Positions 25,201 through 39,300 of a DNA stretch of 64,000 nt are shown one piece after another (within the stretch, counting starts at the first letter, position 1; the number at the start of each line of letters is the position of its first letter). Source of the DNA: Macrostomum lignano (taxonomy: Eukaryota). The translations under genes were made by a program, and so were the position numbers. Location: positions 124,001 to 188,000 of the forward strand of contig NIVC01000255.1 of NCBI GenBank assembly GCA_002269645.1, written 5' to 3'. Below the pieces are notes generated by a model, which was not told the origin of the DNA, ran no database searches, and worked only from the letters and a program-made list of their open reading frames with translations.

Positions 25201-28200
25201 AAGGAGCGAACCTGCATTGGTTGCGCCGAGAATCAGGATATTCAACTCAATGGTCTTGGCATAAAGCCGCAGCACTGCGTTATCACAGTCAGCAATGAGG
25301 ACGATGTATTGATTGCGCCACAGCCCCATGCCAGGTGAGACAAGATCTGGTGGAGTCCCCGATAGATATCTGCTTTGTGATCTAGTGAGATTGGATTCCT
25401 CGATAGATATCCTACTGTGTGATCTAGTGAGATTGGATTCCTCGATAGATATCCTACTGTGTGATCTAGTGAGATTAGATTCCCCGATAGATATCCTACT
25501 GTGTGATCTAGTGAGATTGGATTCCTCGATAGATATGATACTGTGTGATCTAGTGAGATTGGATTCCCCGATAGATATCCTACTGTGTGATCTAGTGAGA
25601 TTGGATTCCCCAAAAGATATCCTACTGTGTGATCTAGTGAGATTGGATTCCCCGATAGATATCCTACTGTGTGATCTAGTGAGATTGGATTCCCCGATAG
25701 ATATCCTACTGTGTGATCTAGTGAGATTGGATTCCCCGATAGATATCCTACTGTGTGATCTAGTGAGATTGGATTCCCCGATAGATATCCTACTGTGTGA
25801 TCTAGTGAGATTGGATTCCCCGATAGATATCTGCTGTGTGATCTAGTGAGATTGGATTCCCCGATAGATATCCTACTGTGTGATCTAGTGAGATTGGATT
25901 CCCCGATAGATATCCTACTGTGTGATCTAGTGAGATTGGATTCCCCGATAGATATTTTAATGTGTGATCTAGTGAGATTGGATTCCCCGATAGATATCTG
26001 CTGTGTGATCTAGCGGAATCCCCGATAGATATCTGCTGTGTGATCTATTGAGATTGGATTCCCCGAAAGATATCAATTATCTAAATCTAGAGATTAATTT
26101 CTCCAATAGATACTGAGATACTGAGATTCCCGCCCTCCCTCACGCCAGAACCCTGCTGAACGGTTGCGAGATCACATCACCAACGAAGGCAAAACACGGT
26201 GACAGGATACTGTGGGGCAATCACCACTATTTTCGTGTTAATCATCCAAAGATGGCCGCGTCAGCTTCTCGTGAGTTGCTTTAATAAACATAAACAATTT
26301 TACAATAAATAATGAAATCAACTGGAAACTTGAATTGAATTATTAATTTGTCAGACGAGACGTCAAATTTTGATTACGCCGACGCGCAAGCCGAAGTCGC
26401 CCTGAATGGCACCTCGTCTGAGTCTCTGCGGCTGGCTATGGAAGCTTTGGAACGGCGCTACGAGTCTGATAAAGAGGGTGAGGCGGTGTTTGCGGATATC
26501 AGGGAGGGTTTGACTGTCTACTGGATGGTCAGGGAGGGTGTAGGAGTGGAATGGAGGGTCAGAGAGGGTGTAGGAGTGGAATGGAGGGTCAGAGAGGGTG
26601 TAGGAGTGGAATGGAGGGTCAGAGAGGGTGTAGGAGTGGAATGGAGGGTCAGAGAGGGTGTGGGAGTGGAATGGAGAGTCAGAGAGGGTGTAGAAGTTGA
26701 ATGGAGGATCAGGGAGGGTGTGGGAGTGGAATGGAGGGTCAGAGAGGGTGTGGGAGTGGAATGGAGGGTCAGAGAGGGTGTAGGAGTGGAATGGAGGGTC
26801 AGAGAGGGTGTAGGAGTGGAATGGAGGGTCAGAGAGGGTGTAGGAGTGGAATGGAGGGTCAGAGAGGGTGTAGGAGTGGAATGGAGGGTCAGAGAGGGTG
26901 TAGGAGTGGAATGGAGGGTCAGAGAGGGTGTAGGAGTTGAATGAAGAAGGAGTCAATACATTCATTTATAGACTGCTAACTCAGAAAATGCCTTCTGTTT
27001 ACAAGAGTTAAGTATATATAGTTTCCGTATTGTCATGTCATAAATTAATAAGAACATTCTATCTTAATTCTATTCTCTTTTTTGAATTAAAACTGCAGTT
27101 CTTCCTCTTTGCCGTCTCTGCCTAATCTGGCCTGTGCGATCAGGATTTCTCTTTGCACTGGGCATCAGTTCACGCCTCGTCTGTCTCGCTCAGACTCCCG
27201 CTCCATCAGCTCGCCATCCTCGCTCCCCAACAAATTCTTCTTTTTTTCGTTTTTTCGTCTAGAGAGAAAGAGAGAGAGAGAGAAAGCGAAAGCTGGGATA
27301 GAAAGGGGATGTGAGAGGCGGAGATGAGGGGAAAAGTAGGGAATAAAGTTTGAAACTGGCCACGAGCCAGACCTGGTCATTCCCAAATCTCCCATGGGAG
27401 ATCCCCGGCCTCTCCTTCATCCGCTATTCCTGCGACATTCCTTCATTCTCCGGCTCTGTGGCTCTGCTTTTGCTGCTGCTTGCTGCTTTTTGACGCTTGT
27501 TTTGTTCTTCACTAAATTTGTTGTCTCTAGATCTGTCTGAATCTGTAGATCTGTCTGTAGATCTGCCTGTAGATCTGCCTGTAGATCTGTCTGCATATCT
27601 GTATGAAGATCTGTTTGTAGATACATCTGTTCATAAATTTGTTTATAGATGTCTATGGATCTGTCTGTAGATCTGTCTGTAGATCTGTCTGTAGATCTGT
27701 CTGTAGATCTGTCTGTAGATCTGTCTGTAGATCTGTCTGTAGATCTATCTGTAAATTTAACTGTAGATCTCTGTATATTTGTCTGTAGATCTCTCTGTAG
27801 ATCTGTCTGTAGATCTTTCTGTAGATCTGTCTGAAGATTTGTTTGCAGATCTTTCTGTAAATTCCTATACTTATCTATGAATGTGTCCGTATTTCCCTAT
27901 AAAATTTCTATTCATTATTTGTTGAAAATGAAGAATAATAATTGTAATCATATAAAGTTTTGATGCCTTATCTTTAATAAAATAAGTTAAAAGAATCCGG
28001 TGCGTCTGTGTCTGGTACTCCTGTGCTTGGTACGATACTACTAAGACACTCAGACAGCGAGCAAGACATCTTTTCATGAAGTTTCATGGAGAACTAGTAT
28101 GCTGTTTGTGTGTTGTGTGTGTCAGCCGTCAGCTCGAGCAATGGGGAGGCTGCCGAGGCAGGGATGAGAAGGCCGCTCTGTGTCCAGGGGATTTGTCTGT

Positions 28201-29839
28201 CCGCTTCCTTCCCTTCCCCTCATCCTCCACCCCCAGCTTCTCCTGCGAGTGCCGCGGCTAATTATCCTGTCTGAGAGCGCGCATCCCCGTCTCTGTTCAT
28301 CTCTCTTCCTCTCCTTAACTCTATTTCTTCCTGCTGCTGGCCCTTGCTTTTTTCCGCGTTTCTTTCTGCTCTCTAAACTGTTATTCGGTTTGCACTTCAA
28401 ATCCTTCGCTTGTGTCTTATAAGCTCTGATGCGTCTTTCTCTCATCTTCATTAAAGTACTTTTCAAGGCATATCGGTAGGGAGGTAATTAAGCTACGTGT
28501 GTATAGTACTCTGTTCTCTAATAGTTTTCGATACATATCGGTAGGGAGCTAATTAAGCTACGTTTATACTACTGTATCCTCTAATGGTTTTTGATACATA
28601 TCGGTAGACAGCTGATTAGACTACGTGCGTATAGTACTTTATTCTCTAATAGTTTTCGATACATATCGGTAGTTAGCTAAGCTACGTGTGTATAGTACTG
28701 TATTCTCTAATAGTTTTCGATACATATCGGTAGACAGCTGATTAGACTACGTGTGTATAGTACTGTATTCTCTAATAGTTTTCGATAAACATCGGTAGGG
28801 AGCTAAGCTACGTGTGTATAGTACTGTATTCTCTAATAGTTTTGGATACATATCGGTAGGGAGCTAATTAAGCTACATGTGTATAGTACTGTATTCTCAA
28901 TTATTTTTCGATACATATCGGTAGGGAGCTAATTAAGCTACGTGTGTATATTACTATATTCCTTAATAGTTTTCGATACATGTCGGTAGGGAGCTAAGCT
29001 ACGTGTATAATACTGTATTCCCTAATAGTTTTCGATACATATCGCTGATCCAATAAGCCACACGTTTTCCAAAATTCTGCAATTAAGTCAGCCCAAAAGC
29101 CTCAATCTTTGTTAAATAAATATCTTCGAAATTCGGTTTTAAGCAGACTTTGGCTCAGCCTGTCTGAATAATTCACTCTAATGCCCCCCCCCAGCGGGAT
29201 TATTGATCAGAGTCCACACCGAAACTGCTTTTCCCCAAAGCTCGGATTGTAAATCATCTGCTTTCTATAAATACTTTTCTCTCTCTCTCTCCGCCTCATA
29301 ATTTATGAATTGGTCCTTTGCCTCTCCTTACTCGCCTGTTTTGGCTTATAACGAATACTCGTCTCTGTTCGACTGTTGTGGGATTAACAGATTAGCGTGG
29401 ATGGCTTAACTTGCATGCCATCCTAGACGGTCTCATAACTACTCATACACACATGGCTCACGCACGATGTACATTGGCTTAGCATATGTGGTGCGACTGT
29501 CTCATAGTATGAAATGTACTTTTCACTTTTAATTACACCAGTTTCTGTCTGAAATCTGTGCTGCATGTTGACTGGAGTCATTCTGTAGTACATTCTGACC
29601 GGATTTGCTAAGTCATTCGTATCGGGTAGCGTAAACAGATTACCGATAATAAATCTCCTTTTATTTTGGCTTGCATTCGATCGGCTCCTGAGTGGGAAAC
29701 TTAGGAAACTGTACTTTCTAGCTCTGCATATACTGTTCTTGTCTGTCTGTTTGTCTGTCTATCTATCTGTCTGTCTGTGTGTGTGTCTGTCTGTCTGTCT
29801 GTCTGTCTATCTGTCTGTCTGTGTGTCTGTCTGTCTGTG

Positions 29840-29878
<39 letters not shown>

Positions 29879-30033
29879 GTGTCTGTCTGACTGTCTGTCT
29901 GTTTGTCTCTGTCTGTCTGTCTGTCTGTCTGTCTGTGTGTCTGTCTGTCTGTCTGTGTGTCTGTCTGTCTGTGTGTGTGTCTGTCTGTCTGTCTGTCTGT
30001 CTATCTGTCTGTCTGTGTGTCTGTCTGTCTGTG

Positions 30034-30072
<39 letters not shown>

Positions 30073-30171
30073 GTGTCTGTCTGACTGTCTGTCTGTTTGT
30101 CTCTGTCTGTCTGTCTGTCTGTCTGTCTGTGTGTCTGTCTGTCTGTCTGTGTGTCTGTCTGTCTGTGTGTG

Positions 30172-30202
<31 letters not shown>

Positions 30203-30203
30203 G

Positions 30204-30262
<59 letters not shown>

Positions 30263-30281
30263 GTCTGTCTGTCTGTCTGCC

Positions 30282-30332
<51 letters not shown>

Positions 30333-30794
30333 ATATCTCGCAACAGTATTTTTAGAACTCCCATACCCTCCGCGCTCAGAGTCGCAGCCCTCATCTCTGT
30401 CCCCCCAGCCCAGTGGTTCAGCGCCCCGAAGTGCCGCAAAACTACCAACCAACCAACCAGCCAAAACCCCGCTGTCCCTAATCCCGTCTCTTCTACCCTG
30501 TCGCGCCTTCATTTCAGTGAGCTGTTCGTTCTCTCAGAGCTCTTGAAGGAGCCGAGAGGAGGGGAGTCCTTGTCTCAAATCGGTCGCTGTCCCAGCCTCT
30601 CTTGTCTCCTCAGTCATGCATAACACAGACTGCATGCTTTCACTGTCAGAAATCTGCTCCTCTCTCAGACCCGAGCCGCTCTCAGATCGCTGAGATGGGC
30701 GATTTCGCTTCTGCACTCTGCCTCTCTCTCTCTCTTTCTGGCTTTTGTCGGTGTTGTAAAACGCCTCGTTGAAGATAAATAGGATCGATGAACT

Positions 30795-30878
<84 letters not shown>

Positions 30879-33127
30879 ACAGGGGAAAGTTGATGAGTGC
30901 TGAATTGCTAAACATTTTGATGTGTCTGTCTGTCTGTCTGTATGTTAATTGCTTGCAGATATTTCCAACATAAATTGGCCCATTTCTGCTTTTGAATTTC
31001 TCCTATTTTTGTTGTACCGCATTTTTATAGTCTGTTTTAGGAGCTTGTTAGTCACTATATGTGTCTAAAAGCTACTATTCGCGTCTGTAAGCCTGTATTA
31101 GTGTCTGTAAGCCTGTATTAGTGTCTGTAAGCCTGTATTAGTGTCTGTAAGCCTGTATTAGTGTCTGTAGGCCTGTATTAGTGTCTAAGCCTGTATTAGT
31201 GTCTGTAAGCCTGTATTAGTGTCTAAGCCTGTATTAGTGTCTGTAAGCCTGTATTAGTGTCTGTAAGCCTGTATTAGTGTCTGTAAGCCTGTATTAGTGT
31301 CTGTAGGCCTGTATTAGTGTCTAAGCCTGTATTAGTGTCTGTAAGCCTGTATTAGTGTCTAAGCCTGTATTAGTGTCTGTAAGCCTGTATTAGTGTCTGT
31401 AAGCCTGTATTAGTGTCTGTAAGCCTGTATTAGTGTCTGTAGGCCTGTGTTAGTGTCTAAGCCTGTATTAGTGTCTGTAAGCCTGTATTAGTGTCTAAGC
31501 CTGTATTAGTGTCTGTAAGCCTGTATTAGTGTCTGTAAGCCTGTATTAGTGTCTGTAAGCCTGTATTAGTGTCTGTAAGCCTGTATTAGTGTCTGTAAGC
31601 CTGTATTAGTGTCTGTAAGCCTGTATTAGTGTCTGTAAGCCTGTATTAGTGTCTGTAAGCCTGTATTAGTGTCTTTAAGCTTGTATTAGTGTCTATAAGT
31701 CTGTATTCGTGTCTCTAAGCCTGTATTAGTGTCTGTAAGCCTGTATTAGTGTCTGTAAGGCTATATTAGTGTCTGTAAGCCTGTATCAGCGTCTGTAGGC
31801 CAGTATTAGTGTCTTTAAGCTTGTATTAGTGTCTGTAAGCCTGTATCAGCGTCTGTAAGCCAGTATTAGTGTCTGTAAGCCTGTATTAGTGTCTGTAAGC
31901 CTGTATTAGCGTCTGTAAGCCTGTATTAGTGTCTGTAAGCCTGTATTCGTGTCTTTAAGCCTGTATCAGCGTCTGTAAGCCAGTATTAGTGTCTGTAAGC
32001 CTGTATTAGTGTCTGTAAACCTGTAAACTCTGTAAGTCAGCATTATGCAGCCCTATATTCATATACCATACCGAATGCATATCACTGCGCTCACCCTGCA
32101 GTCCCAGTTGCAGCTGATAAGCTAAAAGTACAAAAACCCATCTCCCCTCCCCAATCCTCTCGCAGAGGCCCTGGCTCGCCAGAAGCAGATGTACGAAGGC
32201 CTGTTGAAAAACTTCAGCAATATTTTATCGCCAGCCACGCCAAGCTACTGCCCGCCTATGATGCTGATGTCTCACGATGGCGCTAGCAGCAGTTTCAGTT
32301 TAAACAGCAGCGGTGCCGGTGGCTGTGAGCAGGGCAGCTCAGACGGTCCGGAAGGGCAGCAGCTCAAGGCGCAGCAGTTGAACCTCAGCCGGCTGAAGGA
32401 GCAGCTGGCCCGAGCGAACGCTCTGGTGCGCGAGGCGAACTTCCTGTCAGCCGAGCTGGGCGCCGGCGTGGAGTACAGCGTCACCCTGCAGATCCCGGCG
32501 CACAACTTGATCCGGCGTCACATCGCCACGGAGCCGGCCATTCAGCTGACTGCAGCTGGCAGTGATGAAGATGCGGACAGTCCGGGAGCTGTGCTGGCCA
32601 CCTGGAGTCTGGACAAGTTTGAGAATCGCCTGGTTGACATGCGCGAATCTTACCACGAATTCACTGCCGGCTCCACTGATTCTGTGTCGGCGTTCCGCGA
32701 CCATCACGAGCAGCACGACCTGATCGGGGTGGCGCACGCCTTTCTGTCGCCCCTGTTTTACGACGCTCCGCTGGACTACAATGTGCCGGTGATCAACACC
32801 CAGGGCGAGATTGCCGGCAAACTGCACGTCAGGCTGGCGAAATTCTCTGGCAGATTCGAACCCGGGCAGCAGGTCACGCTGAAGGTGTGCATTCGCAGCG
32901 CCAAGGCTCTGCCGAAAGAGCTGTCGCACTTTGTGTACGTGCAGTACCAGCTGTGGGGCATGTCGGCTCCGCAGGTGGTGCCGCCCGTCACTGCCGACTG
33001 CGGCGACCCGCCGCCTGACCTCATCGCCTTCGACCACGAGGCCCAGTTCGACATCTTTGTTAATGACGAGTTCCTAGAGTTTGCTGCGGATGGCTCCTTG
33101 GCTGTGCAGGTTGGACTGCTGCCTGTG

Positions 33128-33160
<33 letters not shown>

Positions 33161-33163
33161 TTG

Positions 33164-33204
<41 letters not shown>

Positions 33205-33207
33205 TTG

Positions 33208-33238
<31 letters not shown>

Positions 33239-33299
33239 GTGTCTGTCTGTGTGTCTGTCTGTCTGTCTGTCTGTGTGTCTGTCTGTCTGTCTGTCTGTG

Positions 33300-33334
<35 letters not shown>

Positions 33335-36300
33335 GTGTCTGTCTGTCTGTCTGTCTCTGTCTGTCTGTGTGTCTGTCTGTCTGTCTGTCTGTGTCTGTCT
33401 GTCTGTCTGTCTGTCTGACTGTCTGTCTGTCTGTCTGTTTCTGTTTGTGTGTCTGTCTGTCTGTCCCATGCACAGCAGTCCCAATGCCCCCCCCCCCAGG
33501 TGTACGGCAACCGCAGCAACGGCGCGGAGGTCCGGGGCGAGCGCATCGGGGACAACTGGTCCGAGTACTGCCGCCGCCTGGAGATGTGGCTGTGCATCCA
33601 GGAGCTGAGCGAGAACGGGCAGTACCTGCCTGTGGAGATCCAGCACCCCACGCAGAGGGACCGGCAGGGCAGGGAGAAGGACGTCATCCCCACTGGTCAG
33701 TGGCGCTTGCTTGCGGAAATTCCGCATAGAGAAATTCTGCGTTGAGAAATCGCCTTTGGGATTATCCGGAAAATTTTTCTGTTTAATGCCTCGAAAATCT
33801 CCTCAGAGAAAATCTCACCTGAGAAAATCTCACCTGAGAAAATCTCACCTGAGAAAATCTCACCTGAGAAAATCTCACCTGAGAAAATCTCACCTGAGAA
33901 AATCTCACCTGAGAAAATCTCACCTGAGAAAATCTCACCTGAGAAAATCTCACCTGAGAAAATCTCACCTGAGAAAGTCTCACCTGAGAAAGTCTCACCT
34001 GAGAAAGTCTCACCTGAAAAAATCTCACCTAAATAATCGTCCCTGAGAGAATCCGACCTGAGAAAATCGCCCCTGAGAAAATCTCACCTGAGAAAATCTC
34101 ACCGGAGAAAATCTCACCTGAGAAAATCTCACCTAGGAAAGTCGCCCTTGAGTAAATCGCCCCAGAGAAAATCGCCTCTGAAAAAATCTCCTCAGAGAAC
34201 ATCGCCCCTGAGAAAATCTCACCTGAAAAAATCGCCCGTGAGAAAATCTCTCCTTAAAAAATCGCCCGAGAAAATCTCTCCTAAGAAAATCGCCCCTGAG
34301 ATTATCTCATCTGAGAAAGTCACCCTGAGAAAATCTAATCAGAAAAATCGCCCCTAAGAAAATCTCCCCTAAGAATGAAAATCCCAAAATCGGGCACTGA
34401 GAACATGAAACGCCGGAGCCCGAAAGAATGCTGACATCACATCAGATATGCTGCCAAGCGGGCAGGGCATGCAATTCTCAGATCGGCTTTGTGACAGAGG
34501 AATCAGCGAACTCGCTTATCTGCGGGTTGAAAGGTTATTTTGAGCTGCCTTTATTTGGGCAAACAGGTTGGTCTTGTGGTGACTCTCTTATCTCTGTGTC
34601 TGTACATTTGATTGCACTGCACTGTGCTGTGTCACCTGTGTCTCTTTGGCAAGTTTGATCACCTGATCTCACTGAGTTTATGAGCAACCCGCTCTCATGC
34701 TCACTGTGCTCAATGCCACCATTTTATGCGCTTTTTACATGTAGTTAGTTCCTGTGTTTCATGCGGTGCAGAGACCTCCCAGCTGTCTCCTCTCATCTCT
34801 CCGCTGTCTCCTCTCACCTCTCAGCTGTCTCCTCTCACCTCTCCGCTGTCTCCTCTCACCTCTCCGCTGTCTCCTCTCACCTCTCACCTCTCTGCTGTCT
34901 CCTCTTACATCTCCGCTGTCTCCTCTCACCTCTCTGCTGTCTCCTCTCACCTCTCCGCTGTCTCCTCTCACCTCTCTGCTGTCTCCTCTCACCCCTCCGC
35001 TGTCTCCTCTCACCTCTCCGCTGTCTCCTCTCACCTCTCCGCTGTCTCCTCTCACCTCTCCGCTGTCTCCTCTCACCTCTCCGCTGTCTCCTCTCACCTC
35101 TCCGCTGTCTCCTCTCACCTCTCCGCTGTCTCCTCTCACCTCTCACCTCTCTGCTGTCTCCTCTTACATCTCCGCTGTCTCCTCTCACCTCTCTGCTGTC
35201 TCCTCTCACCTCTCACCTCTCTGCTGTCTCCTCTTACATCTCCGCTGTCTCCTCTCACCTCTCTGCTGTCTCCTCTCACCTCTCCGCTGTCTCCTCTCAC
35301 CTCTCTGCTGTCTCCTCTCACCCCTCCGCTGTCTCCTCTCACCTCTCCGCTGTCTCCTCTCACCTCTCCGCTGTCTCCTCTCACCTCTCCGCTGTCTCCT
35401 CTCACCTCTCCGCTGTCTCCTCTCACCTCTCCGCTGTCTCCTCTCACCTCTCCGCTGTCTCCTCTCACCTCTCCGCTGTCTCCTCTCACCTCTCACCTCT
35501 CTGCTGTCTCCTCTTACATCTCCGCTGTCTCCTCTCACCTCTCTGCTGTCTCCTCTCACCTCTCCGCTGTCTCCTCTCACCTCTCACCTCTCTGCTGTCT
35601 CCTCTCACCTCTCTGCTGTCTCCTCTCACCTCTCCGCTGTCTCCTCTCACCTCTCCGCTGTCTCCTCTCACCTCTCCGCTGTCTCCTCTCACCTCTCCGC
35701 TGTCTCCTCTCACCCCTCCGCTGTCTCCTCTCACCTCTCCGCTGTCTCCTCTCACCTCTCCGCTGTCTCCTCTCACCTCTCCGCTGTCTCCTTTCACCTC
35801 TCTGCTGTCTCCTCTCACCTCTCTGCTGTCTTCTCTTACCTCTCTGCTGTCTCCTCTCACCTCTCCGCTGTCTCCTCTCACCTCTCCGCTGTCTCCTCTC
35901 ACCTCTCACCTCTCTGCTGTCTCCTCTCACCTCTCTGCTGTCTCCTCTCACATCTCCGCTGTCTCCTCTCACCTCTCTGCTGTCTCCTCTCACCTCTCGG
36001 CTGTCTCCTCTCACCTCTCCGCTGTCTCCTCTCACCTCTCCGCTGTCTCCTCTCACCTCTCAGCTGTCTCCTCTCACCTCTCAGCTGCCTCCTCTCCCCT
36101 CTCAGCTGTCTCCTCTCCCCTCTCAGCTGTCTCCTCTCCCCTCTCAGCTGTCTGCTCTCCCCTCTCAGCTGTCTGCTCTCCCCTCTCAGCTGTCTCCTCT
36201 CCCCTCTCAGCTGTCTGCTCTCCCCTCTCAGCTGTCTGCTCTCACCTCTCAGCTGTCTCCTCTCCCCTCTCAGCTGTCTGCTCTCCCCTCTCAGCTGTCT

Positions 36301-39300
36301 GCTCTCCCCTCTCAGCTGTCTCCTCTCCCCTCTCAGCTGTCTGCTCTCCCCTCTCAGCTGTCTCCTCTCACCTCTCAGCTGTCTGCTCTCCCCTCTCAGC
36401 TGTCTGCTCTCACTTCTCACAATAAAATTTATCTGAGTTTAAATTTAGGATATTTCTATCAAGCGAGTGCCAAGGTGACACCTGGGGTCTGTTAATTAGC
36501 TGAGCCACCCTGCTTGGCTCATGGCAGCTGTAGAGGCACTTGTCAGAAGCTTAGCTTCTGGCTGATGGGCGGAAAAACAGGCACTGATAGACAGACCCAT
36601 CAGGCAGGTCTCATCACACAGACCCCATCACACAGACCCCATCACACAGACCCCATCACCCAGACCCCATCCCACAGACCCCATCACACAGACCCCATCA
36701 CCCAGACCCCATCAGCCAGACCCCATCAGACAAACCGCATCAGACAGGTCCCATTAGACAGACCCCATCAGCCACCCCATCACGCCGCCGCCCTTCAAAC
36801 GTACCCCATCGCGCCCTTCAAACGTACCCCATCGCGCCCTTCAAACGTACCCCATCGCGCCCTTCAAACGTACCCCATCGCGCCCATCAAACGTACCCCA
36901 TCGCGCCCTTCAAACGTACCCCAGGCGGAGTGTACCGCCTCAAGCACGGCCAGTCCCGCCGGCTGCTTATCCGAGTTCGTCCCGTCAGCGGTCCGGAGTC
37001 GGGCAGCCTGCCGGTGATCTGCGAGCGCATCACGGACGTGTCGGTGGGCTGCATTGTGCGCCGGGACCGCAGCATGCAGAGAGGCCTCGACAGCTACCAG
37101 GAAGAGGACCTGACCCGCCTCAGGGACAAATGGAGAGAGGCCGTCTCCAGGCGTCAGGGACATCTGCAGTCTCAGTTGAGCCTCATCACCTCCAAGCCGG
37201 TGAAGACCGCGGCAGATGAGGCCAGGGAGCGGTCGCTGATGGAGCAGTGGAGCCGAATGACGGTGGAGAAGGAGGCTGTGCTGGTGCCCAGGCCGCACTC
37301 CTGTGTGCCCGGAGCTCCAGCTGACTGGGACCCCCCGCTGGGCATGGAGGAGCACATCCCGGTGCTGTTCTTGGATCTGCAGCCTGACCATCACCAGCGG
37401 CTTGAGCTGCCGCCAGCAGGTGTGAACTCGCAGCTGCCCAAAGAGCACAACAGCGAGTTTGTGCAAGTCCCCATCATGCGGAGTCTGGACAAAGACTGCT
37501 GCGTCATCTGCCAGTGGGACGCTTCACTGCACGACTCGATCTATTTGAATCGGATCACGGGAAATAACGAGCTCATCTACCTGATTGTGCGGGCCAGGGT
37601 TCGAATCTCGCACCCGGCTCCAATGGATATTGTGCTGAGGAAGCGGGCGTGCGTTTCGGTGTACAAGTCAAAGGGCATCAGAAGTGCCCTGTTTGGCTAC
37701 ATGAGAGCCTATGTGAGTCCGGCCTCTGCCGATCCGATCCGCGTGAGTCGATGTTGTCACCTCCCGTCTGCACCTCTATGCTTGCTTTTGCACTGCTGCT
37801 TTTTGCTGCTTTTAGTGGCATTGTTGTGGGGTTGCTGGATTCACCTGTACGGGAATTGAAGACTGACAGGCAGATTATACAGACTGACAGGCAGATTATA
37901 CAGACTGACAGACAGATTTTACAGACTTACAGACAGATTCTACAGACTGACAGGCAGATTACACAGACTGACAGGTGATTTTACAGACTGACAGGCGGAT
38001 TATACAGACTGACAGACAGATTCTACAGACTGACAGGCAGATTATAAAGACTGACAGACAGATTCTACAGACTGACAGGTGATTATACAGACTGACAGGT
38101 GATTTTACAGACTGACAGGCAGATTATACAGACTGACAGATAGATTTTACAGACTGACAGACAGATTCTACAGACTGACAGGCAGGTTATAAAGACTGAC
38201 AGACAGATTCTACAGACTGACAGGCAGATTATACAGACTGACAGGTTATTTTACAGACTGACAGGTGATTTTACAGACTGACAGGCAGATTTACGGACTG
38301 ACAGGTAGATTATACAGGCTGACAGGCAGATAGATAGATTGTACAGACTGACAGCCAGATTTTACAGACTGACAGGCAGATAATACAGACTGACAGGCAG
38401 ATTATACAGACTGACAGGCAGATTATAAAGACTGACAGACAGATTCTACAGACTGACAGGTGATTATACAGACTGACAGGTGATTTTACAGACTGACAGG
38501 CAGATTATACAGACTGACAGATAGATTTTACAGACTGACAGACAGATTCTACAGACTGACAGGCAGGTTATAAAGACTGACAGACAGATTCTACAGACTG
38601 ACAGGCAGATTATACAGACTGACAGGTTATTTTACAGACTGACAGGTGATTTTACAGACTGACAGGCAGATTTACGGACTGACAGGTAGATTATACAGGC
38701 TGACAGGCAGATAGATAGATTGTACAGACTGGCAGCCAGATTTTACAGACTGACAGGCAGATAATACAGACTGACAGGCAGATTATACAGACTGACAGGC
38801 AGATTATACAGACTGACAGGTTATTTTACAGACTGACAGGTGATTTTACAGACTGACAGGCAAATTTACGGACTTACAGGTAGATTATACAGGCTGACAG
38901 GCAGATAGATAGATTGTACAGACTTACAGCCAGATTTTACAGACTGACAGGCAGATAATACAGACTAACAGGCAAATTTTACAGACTGACAGGCAAATTT
39001 TACAGACTGACAGCCAGATTATACAGACTGACAGGCAGATTATACAGACTGACAGGCAGATTATACAGACTGACAGGCTGATTATACAGACTGACAGGCA
39101 GATTATACAGACTGACAGGCTGATTATACAGGCTGACAGGCTATTTTACAGACTGACAGGCAGATAGATAGATTGTACAGACTGACAGCCAGATTATACA
39201 GACTGACAGGCAGATTACACAGACTAACAGGCAGATTATACAGACTGACAGGCAGATTACACAGACTGACAGGCAGATTACACAGACTGACAGGCAGATT

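Noticed and set aside
34726-36495. 500-590 aa Ser/Leu/Pro ORFs, and similar ORFs at 16.3-17.0, 22.6-23.5, 25.2-27.0, 29.7-30.6, 40.1-40.9, 52.4-54.0, 57.1-59.6 and 60.4-62.5 kb
   Set aside because: All are periodic translations of intronic or intergenic tandem repeats.
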